A DNA stretch of 64,000 bases from an uncultured bacterium (GCA_965370045.1 CBDUSI010000004.1:4787-68786), one strand, 5' to 3'. Counted from the stretch's first letter, positions 44,417 through 53,361 are shown. Made by a program: numbers and translations. Notes: generated by a model not told the origin, from the letters alone.

Positions 44417-45424
44417 AACCACAGAGTACACGGAGTACACAGAGGAATGATCAGGCCGCGGACATCGATGCCAGAGCAATCGGGAGACGCTCCCCGCGAG
44501 GGAAGCCCTGCCCCCGCCTCCGTGTCCTCTGTGTCCTCTGTGTCCTCCGTGGTGAAATTGCCCTTCCCCCGCGACCTGCTCATCCACGCTGCCCGCATGC
44601 GCGCGCGGGGCATTTCCTGGGAGACAATCGCCGCGCGAACGCCGCACACCGCGGCCGACCTCGCCCGACTGCCCTTTGACCACCCGGAAATCTGGGAGCC
44701 GCTGTACCGTCGCGCCGAAAAGCTCGCGCTTCAGGAAGCCGAAGGCCAGATGTTCAAGGCGCTCAACGTGCTCCTCGAAGGCGAAAACGTCCACGCCGCC
44801 GAAAAGGCCGCAAGAGAGCTATTGCTGCATCGCAGACACATCGAGAGACGGCGTTATCAACCACCAAGACACCAAGGCACCAAGAACCTGGGGGGCGTGA
44901 ACGCGGCTGAAGCCGCTCACGAAACCCGCGCGCTCTCCCGCGACCCAGCTTCCAACTTGGTGCCTTGGTGCCTTGGTGGTGAAAAGGAAACTCCCGAAGA
45001 ACTAAGAGTCCCCATCATCCAACTGGCCTGCTGCCGCGCGCAGGGCGAAGACCTGCTTTCAACAGCGGCGGAGATCGGCCGCCATCACGAGGAAGTCGCC
45101 CGCTGGCCATTTCTTTACGTGAAAAGCTGGGACCGGCACTGGCGCACTGCGCGCCTTGAAACCGCGCGCTTCTATGCGGCCCGCGCAATCAGAAGACTCA
45201 CCGACCTCGCGTTCGACCCCGACCGACAGCTCGCCGCCCGCGCGGCGCGAACGCTCTTGATACATCGCCGGCACATGCACTGGGCTAATCAACCACCAAG
45301 ACACCAAGAACACCAAGAAGCGAAGAACTGTGCGATCTTGAACGCGGACGAGGCCGCTCGCGAAGCCAGCGCGCTTTCCCGCGACCCGAGTCCCAACTTG
45401 GTGCCTTTGTGTCTTGGTGGTGAA
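44417..45424. repeat. Array of three long hairpin elements with AACCAC...GTGGTGAA ends
   Basis: Elements at 44417-44556, 44859-44983 and 45291-45424. Arms are built of 9-nt (ACACAGAGG-type) or 8-nt (ACACCAAG-type) tandem units. Confidence 0.85.
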
Positions 45425-45454
45425 AGAGGTTGGAAATCCCGCGACGGGCCTTGA
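44447..45454 (+). CDS. Hypothetical protein with two diverged ~100-aa helical (HTH-like) modules, each followed by hairpin-derived sequence
   Basis: The modules align: AARMRARGISWETIAA...ARLPF...W...AARELLLHRRH versus ACCRAQGEDLLSTAA...ARWPF...W...AARTLLIHRRH. Codon usage is less GC-biased than flanking genes. Confidence 0.55.
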   Translation: MIRPRTSMPEQSGDAPREGSPAPASVSSVSSVSSVVKLPFPRDLLIHAARMRARGISWETIAARTPHTAADLARLPFDHPEIWEPLYRRAEKLALQEAEGQMFKALNVLLEGENVHAAEKAARELLLHRRHIERRRYQPPRHQGTKNLGGVNAAEAAHETRALSRDPASNLVPWCLGGEKETPEELRVPIIQLACCRAQGEDLLSTAAEIGRHHEEVARWPFLYVKSWDRHWRTARLETARFYAARAIRRLTDLAFDPDRQLAARAARTLLIHRRHMHWANQPPRHQEHQEAKNCAILNADEAAREASALSRDPSPNLVPLCLGGERGWKSRDGP

Positions 45455-45465
45455 GCCCGGGGCGC

Positions 45466-45493
45466 TTGCCCCCGCGCGCGCGCGACCTATAAT
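45466..45493 (+). promoter_or_regulatory. Putative leaderless promoter of the ECF sigma gene
   Basis: TTGCCC-16 nt-TATAAT, ending 6 nt before GTG 45500. Confidence 0.55.
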
Positions 45494-45499
45494 GCCGCC

Positions 45500-46219
45500 G
45501 TGGCCAAGAGACGCAAAAGCACCCGGACCATGCTGCCCGCCGCCGCCGGCGCGGACATGAAGGATCTCAATGACGAGGACCTCATGCTGCGCTGCCAGGA
45601 GGGCGACGACCTGGCCTTCGACGAGCTCTTCAAGCGCTACGAGGCGCCCACCCTGGCGCTGCTCTGCCGCCTGGTCGGCGACCGGGCCAGCGCCGAGAGC
45701 CTGGCCCAGGAGGCCTTCCTGCGCATCTTCCGCGACGCGGACAAGTACGAGTACCCCCGGCGCTTCTCCACCTGGTTCTTCACCATCGTGCGCAACCTGG
45801 CCAAGAACGAATTGCGCTACCGCCAGCGCCACCCGGCCCGCAGTCTGGAGCAGAGCTCCAGCGGCAAGCGGGAGACCGACCGCCCCGCGCTGATCAACGA
45901 GGTCCGGGCGGCCACGCGCACGCCGCTGTCCAGCATCGTCAGCAACGAGGTTCTGGACCGCGTCCACCGGGCCATCGCCGAGCTGCCCGAGGCCGAGCGC
46001 GAGGCGCTGATCCTGCACCGCTTCAGCAACCTCAAGTACCGGGAGATCGCCGAGATCGTGGGCACGCGCCTGGGCACCGTGCGCTCCCGGCTGCACTCCG
46101 CGCTCAACCGCCTGCGGCGCAATCTGGCGGACCTGGAGGATCGCTTCACCGGAGGAGGCGCCCGCGGCTCCACCAACGGAAAAGGGGAGGGGAGCGAAGA
46201 GGACCAGACCGGAGGTTGA
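45500..46219 (+). CDS. ECF RNA polymerase sigma factor
   Basis: DEDLMLRCQEGDDLAFDELFKRY, AQEAFLRIF, FSTWFFTIVRN, LPEAEREALILHRFSNLKYREIAEI. Confidence 0.92.
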   Translation: MAKRRKSTRTMLPAAAGADMKDLNDEDLMLRCQEGDDLAFDELFKRYEAPTLALLCRLVGDRASAESLAQEAFLRIFRDADKYEYPRRFSTWFFTIVRNLAKNELRYRQRHPARSLEQSSSGKRETDRPALINEVRAATRTPLSSIVSNEVLDRVHRAIAELPEAEREALILHRFSNLKYREIAEIVGTRLGTVRSRLHSALNRLRRNLADLEDRFTGGGARGSTNGKGEGSEEDQTGG

Positions 46220-46283
46220 ACGAACAAATGCCGCACCACCGGTGTAAGCAATAGCAGCAGAGCAGAAAGGCTTTGAAGCGATA

Positions 46284-47198
46284 ATGGCCAGCAAGGAATG
46301 CGACCGGCTCCGACCCTACCTGATGGACTACGTGGTCGGTGAGCTGGATCCCTCCGCGGCCCAACAGGCCGACATCGAGAAGCACCTGGCTGACTGCGAG
46401 GAGTGCCGCAGCGCCGCCGAGGAACTGCGCGGCACCGGCCGCGCCCTGGAGGCGGTCAGGACCTTCGACACCCGCCTGGACGAGGATCTCCGCAAGAATA
46501 TCACCAGCCGCGCGCGCGTCGAGGCCCAGCTGGTGCGCGCCACCCGCCAGCACGAGAGGATCGCTGAAGGGGGCTCGGCGCGGCGCGTCCCGCTTGCCGC
46601 CTGGGCGGTGCTGGTCCTGGGCACCGTCGGGGCCCTGGTCCTGGCGACGCTGATTCCCAAGCTGGACACCTTCGCCCCCCAGCCGGCCGGCAAGGTGCTG
46701 GGCTGTGCGCTTCTCAAGGGAGCTTCCAACAACGCCTTCAGGAAGGACTGGCCGGAGGGCCGCGAACTCGAACCCGGCGAGGAGATATCGGTGCCCCGGG
46801 GGGTGGTGCTCTGTCTCAAGTTGGGCGACCACAGCCGCCTGGACGTCTGCGGCCCGGCCGAGGTGCGCTTCGCGAAGGAGGGCCGGCCCCTCTGCATCAC
46901 CAAGGGCAAGGCCTACCTGGAGGCCAGGAGCAACCTGGCCGTGGAACTCGCGCCGCTCAAGAAGCTGCGCCTGTCCGCCGGCTCCAAGGTCTGCCTGGCG
47001 GCCGACCCGGTCGGCGACTGCGCCGCGCGGGTCACCGTGCTGGCCGGCTCGGCGGACTACTCGACGGGCGAAGGCGATAGCAGGCTGGAGGTGGGCAAGA
47101 CCCTGGAGGTCGACGGCCGCAGCTCCAGGGTCAAGGTCCGGGCCATGGAAGAAGCCGAGCGGGATCTCTGGCGCCCGCCGGAAGTGCGCACGTTATAG
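46284..47198 (+). CDS. Anti-sigma factor (zinc-finger HC2, TM, FecR-like)
   Basis: HLADCEEC ZAS motif, TM helix, FecR-like LKLGDHSRLDVCGPAEV...ITKGKAYLEA. Confidence 0.88.
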   Translation: MASKECDRLRPYLMDYVVGELDPSAAQQADIEKHLADCEECRSAAEELRGTGRALEAVRTFDTRLDEDLRKNITSRARVEAQLVRATRQHERIAEGGSARRVPLAAWAVLVLGTVGALVLATLIPKLDTFAPQPAGKVLGCALLKGASNNAFRKDWPEGRELEPGEEISVPRGVVLCLKLGDHSRLDVCGPAEVRFAKEGRPLCITKGKAYLEARSNLAVELAPLKKLRLSAGSKVCLAADPVGDCAARVTVLAGSADYSTGEGDSRLEVGKTLEVDGRSSRVKVRAMEEAERDLWRPPEVRTL

Positions 47199-47205
47199 CG
47201 AAGAG

Positions 47206-48186
47206 TCAGTCGCGCTGGCCGAGGACGCCGGCCTGCTCGGCGAAGTCGAAGACGATCTCGCAGGAGGGCAGCACCTCGGCCACCGTCGGGCCCCAGGGCC
47301 GCTCGCCGCGCAGTGCGGCCACCAGGGCCTCGACCTCCGCGTAGGGCCCGGCGGTGACGTCGCGGGGCTCGTCCGCCGGGACCGCCTGGTCGATGACCAG
47401 CGTCCCCTCCCGCCAGCAGCGCAGGGTGCTGCCCGGACCGAAGAAGCCGTTGGCGATGGGGAATACCGCATGGGCCCGGAAGCCTTCTCCGAAAATGTCG
47501 TAGCTCTCCTCCTGCATTCCGGCGGTGGTGACGATGTCCAGCCGGCCGCGCGCGCCGCTGGTGAAAACGTAATCCTCCTGGTACCAGCGGGCGGCCAGCG
47601 CGGGGTCCTGCTGCACGGCGAGCCGGGCGCTACTGACGTCGCCGGCGATGTAGCGCAGAGCGTCGACGCTGTGCAGGGCGGTGCCCCACACGAAGCTGGG
47701 CTCGACCCGCTTCTTGCGGATCATCGCCGCGCGCACATAGCGCACCTCGCCCTGCTCACGGGCCCAGGAGATGGCCCGGTTGAGCAAGGGCGCGAAACGG
47801 CGGTTGACCGAGACCATGTGCGGCGCGCCGGTCTCGGCGGCGACCTCAGCCAGGCGGCGGACCTCTTCCCGGCCGTTCCCCGGCGGCTTCTCGACCGTGC
47901 TGGGGATCCCCCGCCGGAATACCCGTTCGGCGGTCTCCGCCACCAGGGGCACGGGCAGCACCACGATGCAGGCGTCGGGCTTCTCGACGTCCAGCATCTT
48001 CTCGGCGTCGCGGTAGGCGCGCTCGAATCCGTACTTCTGCCGGAAGAGCGCGGTGCGTTCCGCTTCGAGATCGCAGCAGGCGGCGAGCTCTATCTCGCCG
48101 GGGTGGGCCTTCGCGTAACGGGCCAGGGAGATGGCGTGACCGATTTCCGAGTGGGTCCCGCAGCCGATGAGCGCCAGCTTGAACAT
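47206..48186 (-). CDS. Gfo/Idh/MocA oxidoreductase
   Basis: KLALIGCG, TVEKPPG, MVSVNRRFAP. Confidence 0.85.
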   Translation of the reverse strand: MFKLALIGCGTHSEIGHAISLARYAKAHPGEIELAACCDLEAERTALFRQKYGFERAYRDAEKMLDVEKPDACIVVLPVPLVAETAERVFRRGIPSTVEKPPGNGREEVRRLAEVAAETGAPHMVSVNRRFAPLLNRAISWAREQGEVRYVRAAMIRKKRVEPSFVWGTALHSVDALRYIAGDVSSARLAVQQDPALAARWYQEDYVFTSGARGRLDIVTTAGMQEESYDIFGEGFRAHAVFPIANGFFGPGSTLRCWREGTLVIDQAVPADEPRDVTAGPYAEVEALVAALRGERPWGPTVAEVLPSCEIVFDFAEQAGVLGQRD

Positions 48187-48258
48187 GGCGGCTTTATGCC
48201 GCACGGCGGGTTCGATGTCAAGACACTAAAGCCGGGACGTGCGCGGTGGGGGTGCGCG

Positions 48259-48753
48259 CTACTCGCTCGGGGGTGGCTCGGCCTGGCCCAACTCGCCATC
48301 GCCCGGGAACTCGTCCCAGGCTTCGACCTCCACGGCGTCCTCGTCGTCGCTCAGCGGATTGGACTGGTAGCCCGGCTGGCTTGCGCGGGCCACCTCCTCC
48401 TCGTAGGCGGCGATGACTTTCTGGTGGAAGAGCTCCCGGCACTCCGAGGTGATGGGGTGGGCCACGTCGGCATAGAGTTTGACCCGGCCGCGCCCGTTGA
48501 GAGCGGCGCGAGGCGCCGACAGCCGTGACCCGCAGTTGTTGCAGTACTTGCCGCGCAGGTGGTTCTTCGCGTTGCAGCGCGGGCAGCAGAAGGTCAGCTT
48601 GCGGCTGGGCATGGCCACGAAGAGCCCCGAGGGGCGGCTGATCACCTTTATGTCGCGGATAACGAAGCAGTTGTCCAGCGACACGCAGGCGAAGGCCTTC
48701 AGCTTGTTGTCCCTGCTGTTTACCAGTCGGATACGGACTGCGGTGAGTTCCAC
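48259..48753 (-). CDS. spoVG: SpoVG-family nucleic-acid-binding protein with a zinc-ribbon insert
   Basis: ELTAVRIRL...KLKAFACVSLDNCFVIRDIKVI...GLFVAMPSRK, insert CPRC...CNNC, YADVAHPI. Confidence 0.88.
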   Translation of the reverse strand: MELTAVRIRLVNSRDNKLKAFACVSLDNCFVIRDIKVISRPSGLFVAMPSRKLTFCCPRCNAKNHLRGKYCNNCGSRLSAPRAALNGRGRVKLYADVAHPITSECRELFHQKVIAAYEEEVARASQPGYQSNPLSDDEDAVEVEAWDEFPGDGELGQAEPPPSE

Positions 48754-48804
48754 AGCTAGTTTACCTTCCCGCCGGCACAAGCCGACTTATACTGCGCGGT
48801 TCAA

Positions 48805-49704
48805 TTACCCCCAACTCGCGACGGAACCGACGGCCAGAATCACACCGGAGCGCAGCTTCTCCTCAAGTTCGGCCTTCAGCCCGTCCGCCGCCTCCGGAGT
48901 CGTCAGCACGAAGACGGTTGACCCCGAACCGGAGAGCAGCGTTCCAAGCGCTCCCTCGCCTGTCAAGACACTCCTGGCGGCCGCCAAGTCGGGATAAAGC
49001 TCAAATACCGGCTCCTCCAACCGGTTGAAGAGCTCCCGGCCGCCATCCTCGAAGGCGCCTTGTTTCAGCGCCTTAGTAATAGTATGACACGAACGCCGCC
49101 CGCTTGTCAAGGGCATTCTCAGCCGGGCGTAGATATCCCTTGTGGCTACTTGACGTTGCGGAATATACAGCAAAACATTAATAGCATGGTGTACTTCCAG
49201 CGGCTCGACGAGTTCTCCCCGGCCCCGGCAGACCGCCGTCCCGCCGCTCAGGAAGAAATTCACGTCGCTGCCCAGTTTGGAGCCGATATTCGCGAGATCC
49301 TCGCGCCGCGCTCCGAGCCCCCAGAGGCGGTCGAGGCCGCGCAGGGCCGCTGCCGCGTCGCTGGAGCCGCCACCCAGCCCACCGCCGACCGGGATGCGCT
49401 TCTCCAGGTGGATGTGAATTCCCTCCTGCTCGCCGGACTCCCGGGCCAGTAGGCGGGCGGCGCGCAGGGCCAGGTTGTCCTCGTCCGCGGGCGCGGGCCC
49501 GCCGGCCACCGATATGCTGAACTCGCCCGCCGGCCGGCGCCAGAACTCCAGGCGGTCCGAGAGTCCCACGGCCTGCATGACCGTTTCGATCTCGTGGTAG
49601 CCGTCCTCGCGCTTGCCGAGTACCTCCAGGAAGAGGTTTATCTTGGCGGGAGCATCGAGCCCCAGCTCCGGCGGGCCGGAGGGGCGCTCTGGCGCGGCCG
49701 TCAT
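48805..49704 (-). CDS. ispE: 4-diphosphocytidyl-2-C-methyl-D-erythritol kinase
   Basis: APAKINLFLEV...DGYHEIET, KRIPVGGGLGGGSSDAAA, GSDVNFF, LSGSGSTVF. Confidence 0.95.
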   Translation of the reverse strand: MTAAPERPSGPPELGLDAPAKINLFLEVLGKREDGYHEIETVMQAVGLSDRLEFWRRPAGEFSISVAGGPAPADEDNLALRAARLLARESGEQEGIHIHLEKRIPVGGGLGGGSSDAAAALRGLDRLWGLGARREDLANIGSKLGSDVNFFLSGGTAVCRGRGELVEPLEVHHAINVLLYIPQRQVATRDIYARLRMPLTSGRRSCHTITKALKQGAFEDGGRELFNRLEEPVFELYPDLAAARSVLTGEGALGTLLSGSGSTVFVLTTPEAADGLKAELEEKLRSGVILAVGSVASWG

Positions 49705-50966
49705 TTCCTGACCTTCTTGTCCTTCTTGACCTTCTTGCCCGGCGCTTCGCGGAACTCAGGCGGCGGCTCCTCGTCCTCGTTGTACTCCGCGGGAGGCCAC
49801 CACTCCAGCGTTCGGCGCTTGCCGCGCTTGCGGAGCGTGCCCCAGCGGGTGAGGTACCCGCGCGCGTCGAAGTGCACGTAGCTCCTGCATGACTCCGGGC
49901 CGTCGAAGGCGTAGACGCCGGTGCCCCCGGTGCGGACCCGCCCGGCCTTCTCCAGCTTGCGCAGCGAGTGGCCGATCACCAGGCCGTCCTTCTCGTCGAC
50001 CTTGCCGTCGCCGGTGATGTCGTCGCAGACCTCGTCGCCGTCCTCGTCTATCATGACGTCGGCGGCGTCGCCGTAGATGTGCCGGCTGAAGATCCCCCCG
50101 CCGACCCGGCGGTTGTAGTAGGGCGCGCGGAAGGCGCTGTTGACCGCCAGGCGCTTGAACTTCACTTTTCGCGCAAGGAGTTCCCGGCTGAGCATCTCCA
50201 TTTTGTAGATGAAGTGCCGGTTGGGCGGGAACCACGAGGTATGCCGGCGCTTGGGCTTCTTCTTGTTCTTCTGGGTGATGAAGCCGACCATCTGTCCGAC
50301 CGTCACGTGTGGGGCCATGAGCAGCTTCTCGTTCTTCGGCGTGATTCTCATCCAGAAGCGCGGGGGGTTGAAGAGGTGCTTATGCTTCCTGACCCGCCAG
50401 CTCTTGGCCTTCTCGGGATTGGGATAGGTGCCGATGACATGTTTGCCGACCTTGACCCGCCACGCGCCGGTCTTCTTCGTCCGGGTGATCTCGGCCTCGT
50501 GGAGGATGACGATGGGGAAGACAACCTTCGTCCCCGGATTACCCTTGTCCGCGGCGGATGGGGGATAGAAAGTCAACTTCAGGCTGAAGCTGTCGCCGGA
50601 AACCTGGGGGCTGAAGAGCTCAATCCCCCCGCCCTTGAGTTTCGTAGTGGTTCCCCCCGCCTTCTTCCACCTGCCCCGGTCGGTCAGTTGCCAATCGGGA
50701 GGCCCGCCGCCCGAGGCGGGGCCGACCAGCGTCACCTTGCACGCCGGCGGGAGGCACAGCAGGTCGCCCGACCAGAAGCGGCCGGAAAGCTCCGGGACGC
50801 CCGCGATTTCGACTTTGAGGATCGTTCCGTGAGAAGACGTGAGGGTCGGTTTGACGGGAGCCTTCCCGGCGGGGGGCTTCACGGGCGGTGCGGCCGGTTC
50901 ACCGCCCAGCGGGCAGCCGGCGGCCAGGAACAGGAGCAGCGGAACGAGGCCCAGTTGGCGCAACAT
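49701..50966 (-). CDS. Putative lipoprotein with a C-terminal peptidase M15-type Zn metallopeptidase domain
   Basis: Lipobox LAAGC, NSAFRAPYYN, SRHIYGDAAD, YVHFDARG. Confidence 0.75.
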   Translation of the reverse strand: MLRQLGLVPLLLFLAAGCPLGGEPAAPPVKPPAGKAPVKPTLTSSHGTILKVEIAGVPELSGRFWSGDLLCLPPACKVTLVGPASGGGPPDWQLTDRGRWKKAGGTTTKLKGGGIELFSPQVSGDSFSLKLTFYPPSAADKGNPGTKVVFPIVILHEAEITRTKKTGAWRVKVGKHVIGTYPNPEKAKSWRVRKHKHLFNPPRFWMRITPKNEKLLMAPHVTVGQMVGFITQKNKKKPKRRHTSWFPPNRHFIYKMEMLSRELLARKVKFKRLAVNSAFRAPYYNRRVGGGIFSRHIYGDAADVMIDEDGDEVCDDITGDGKVDEKDGLVIGHSLRKLEKAGRVRTGGTGVYAFDGPESCRSYVHFDARGYLTRWGTLRKRGKRRTLEWWPPAEYNEDEEPPPEFREAPGKKVKKDKKVRK

Positions 50967-51136
50967 GTCTCTATTCTGGGCGGGGGGGGAGGCGATGTCC
51001 AGCGTTTTCCGGGAAGGGGTGCAACCTGGAGCGGGCATTTCCCATTGAAAGGCCGCACCTGACGGATAAGCTTAACGTTAGCTCCTCCAGACCGTCCGGA
51101 GGAGCGCGCTGTTAACTGGCGGAAAGGGAGAGATTT

Positions 51137-52213
51137 CTGGCCACGGGAGCGAAAATCAAGCGCCGCAGGACCCGCCGGGTGCGCGTCGGGCCGCTGGTTA
51201 TTGGCGGCGGCGCGCCGCTGTCCGTCCAGAGCATGACCAAGACGCCCGCCGAAGACGTGGCCGGAACCGTGAAGCAGGTGAAACTGCTAGCCCGCGCCGG
51301 CGCGGAGCTGGTGCGCCTGGCCGTGCCGGACCTCGCCGCCGCGGCGGCTTTCGCCAAAGTCAGGAAACGCAGCCCGGTCCCCCTGGTGGCCGACACGCAC
51401 TTCGACCCGCGCATAGCCCTGGCCGCCCTGGAGGCCGGAGCCGACAAGGTCCGGGTCAACCCCGGAAACACCCGCAAGGCGACCCTCAAGGACTTCGCGC
51501 GAGAGAGCGCCCGCCGCAAGGTCCCGGTGCGCATCGGCGTCAATTCCGGATCGGTCTACCACCGAAAGGGCAAGAGGCGCGACCTGGCGCGGGACATGGT
51601 CCGCGCGGCGCTTTCTGCGGCGAAACGTTTCGAGGACTGGGGCCAGCGGAGCATCGTGCTTTCAATGAAGGCGCCCAACGTGACCGACACCGTGCGCGCC
51701 TACCGACTGGCGTCTGAGAAGAGCGACTACCCGCTGCATCTGGGGGTCACCGCCGCGGGTCCGGCGGACCTGGCCGCCGCCAAGAGCCATGCGGCGCTGG
51801 GAGCCCTGCTGCTCGACGGCATCGGCGATACTCTGCGTTTCAGCTACACTGGCGACCCGGTCGCGGAGGTCGAAGCGGGCATCGCGCTGCTCCGCGCCCT
51901 GGGATTGCGGCGCGACGGTCCCGAGCTGATAAGTTGCCCGACCTGCGGGCGCTGTCGGGTGGATCTCGAAAAGCTGGTTGGCAAGGCGCGCCGCGCGTTG
52001 CGAGACCTCAAAACGCCGCTGACCGTCGCGGTGATGGGCTGCGTGGTCAACGGCCCGGGCGAGGCCCGGGACGCGGACGTGGGCATGGCCGGCGCGGCCG
52101 ACGGCAGCATGGTGCTCTTCGCCGGCGGGAGGCGCTTGCGGCGCATCAAGGGCCAGGCTGCTGCCATCCGCGCGCTGGTGGCCGAGGTCAAGAAGAAGGG
52201 GCGGGGGAAGTGA
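51137..52213 (+). CDS. ispG: (E)-4-hydroxy-3-methylbut-2-enyl-diphosphate synthase
   Basis: IGGGAPLSVQSMT, VADTHFD, RIGVNSGS, GIGDTLR, SCPTCGRC, MGCVVNGPGEA. The conserved N-terminal KIKRRRTR lies upstream of GTG 51179, so a CTG start at 51137 is inferred. Confidence 0.93.
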   Translation: MATGAKIKRRRTRRVRVGPLVIGGGAPLSVQSMTKTPAEDVAGTVKQVKLLARAGAELVRLAVPDLAAAAAFAKVRKRSPVPLVADTHFDPRIALAALEAGADKVRVNPGNTRKATLKDFARESARRKVPVRIGVNSGSVYHRKGKRRDLARDMVRAALSAAKRFEDWGQRSIVLSMKAPNVTDTVRAYRLASEKSDYPLHLGVTAAGPADLAAAKSHAALGALLLDGIGDTLRFSYTGDPVAEVEAGIALLRALGLRRDGPELISCPTCGRCRVDLEKLVGKARRALRDLKTPLTVAVMGCVVNGPGEARDADVGMAGAADGSMVLFAGGRRLRRIKGQAAAIRALVAEVKKKGRGK

Positions 52214-53361
52214 AGCGCATCGCCGTCCTGGGCTCGACCGGCTCAATCGGCCGGAGCACGCTGGAGGTGGCCGCCGCTCTCCCCGGCGAGGTGGAGGTCG
52301 CGGCCCTGGCCGCGGGCTCCAGCTGGGAGAAACTCGCCGCGCAGTGCCGGGAGCTGGACTCCACCCCGCTGCTGGCCATGGCCGACGCGGGGGCCGCGGT
52401 CAGGCTCGAAGGCGAGCTGGGGCTGGCCGCCGGCGCCGTGCGCGTGGGCGTCGAGGGCGTGGCCGAGCTGGCCGCGCACCCGGACGTGGACCTGGTGGTT
52501 ACTGCCATGGTCGGCGTCGAGGGGCTGCGGCCGACTCTCGCCGCGGTGGAAGCCGGCAAGAGCGTCGCCCTGGCCAACAAGGAGCCGCTGGTCGCCGCCG
52601 GAGAGCTGGTGGTGGCCGCGGCGAAGAAGAGCGGCGCGACGATCCTGCCGGTGGATAGCGAGCACAGCGCGCTCTTTCAGCTCTTGCAGTGCGGCCGGCG
52701 GGAGGATCTGGTCCGGGCGACGCTCTGCGCCTCCGGCGGTCCCTTCCGCGAGTGGCCCGCCGAGAAGATCGAGATCGCCAAGGTGGCCGACGCGCTCAAT
52801 CATCCCACCTGGAACATGGGACCGAAGATAACCGTGGACAGCGCCACGCTGATGAACAAGGGCCTGGAGGTCATCGAGGCCCACTGGCTTTTCGGCCTGC
52901 CTTTTGAGGCCATCGACGTGCTGGTGCAGCCGCAGTCCGTGGTGCACGCCATGCTCGAGTTCTGCGACGGCACCATGCTCAGCCACATGGGCCTGCCGGA
53001 TATGCGCGTGCCCATCCAGTACGCGCTGACCTGGCCGGAGCGCCGGGCGCGCCCCGGCCCGGGGATGACCCTGACCGACCTCAGCGGTTTGAGCTTCCAT
53101 CGCCCCGACACGACGCGTTTTCCCTGCCTGGAGCTGGGCTATCGCGCGGGGCGGGCGGGGGGCACCGCCGGCGCGGTGCTCAACGCCGCCAACGAAGCCG
53201 CGGTGGGGCTTTTCCTGGCCGAGAAGATCCCCTTCGGGCAAATACCGCGGCTGGTGGCCACAGCCCTTGATCAATGCGAACCTGGGGCCGCCGGCAGCCT
53301 CGAAGCCGTGCTCGCCGCCGACCGCCGGGCGCGCGAGTTCGTGGAACGGAGTGCAAGCTAA
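52210..53361 (+). CDS. dxr: 1-deoxy-D-xylulose-5-phosphate reductoisomerase
   Basis: VLGSTGSIG, LANKEPLV, PVDSEHSA, HPTWNMGPKITVDSATLMNKGLEVIEA. Confidence 0.96.
   Translation: MKRIAVLGSTGSIGRSTLEVAAALPGEVEVAALAAGSSWEKLAAQCRELDSTPLLAMADAGAAVRLEGELGLAAGAVRVGVEGVAELAAHPDVDLVVTAMVGVEGLRPTLAAVEAGKSVALANKEPLVAAGELVVAAAKKSGATILPVDSEHSALFQLLQCGRREDLVRATLCASGGPFREWPAEKIEIAKVADALNHPTWNMGPKITVDSATLMNKGLEVIEAHWLFGLPFEAIDVLVQPQSVVHAMLEFCDGTMLSHMGLPDMRVPIQYALTWPERRARPGPGMTLTDLSGLSFHRPDTTRFPCLELGYRAGRAGGTAGAVLNAANEAAVGLFLAEKIPFGQIPRLVATALDQCEPGAAGSLEAVLAADRRAREFVERSAS

Noticed and set aside
44417-45424. Hairpin array as a CRISPR array or integron attC sites
   Set aside because: The units are 125-140 nt with ~300-nt coding spacers, and there are no cas genes. 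The right ends read GGTGAA, not the attC GTTRRRY, and no integrase is present.
51069-51115. TAACGTTA and GTTAAC palindromes in the divergent region before ispG
   Set aside because: Short and imperfect, and could arise by chance in an AT-richer promoter region.
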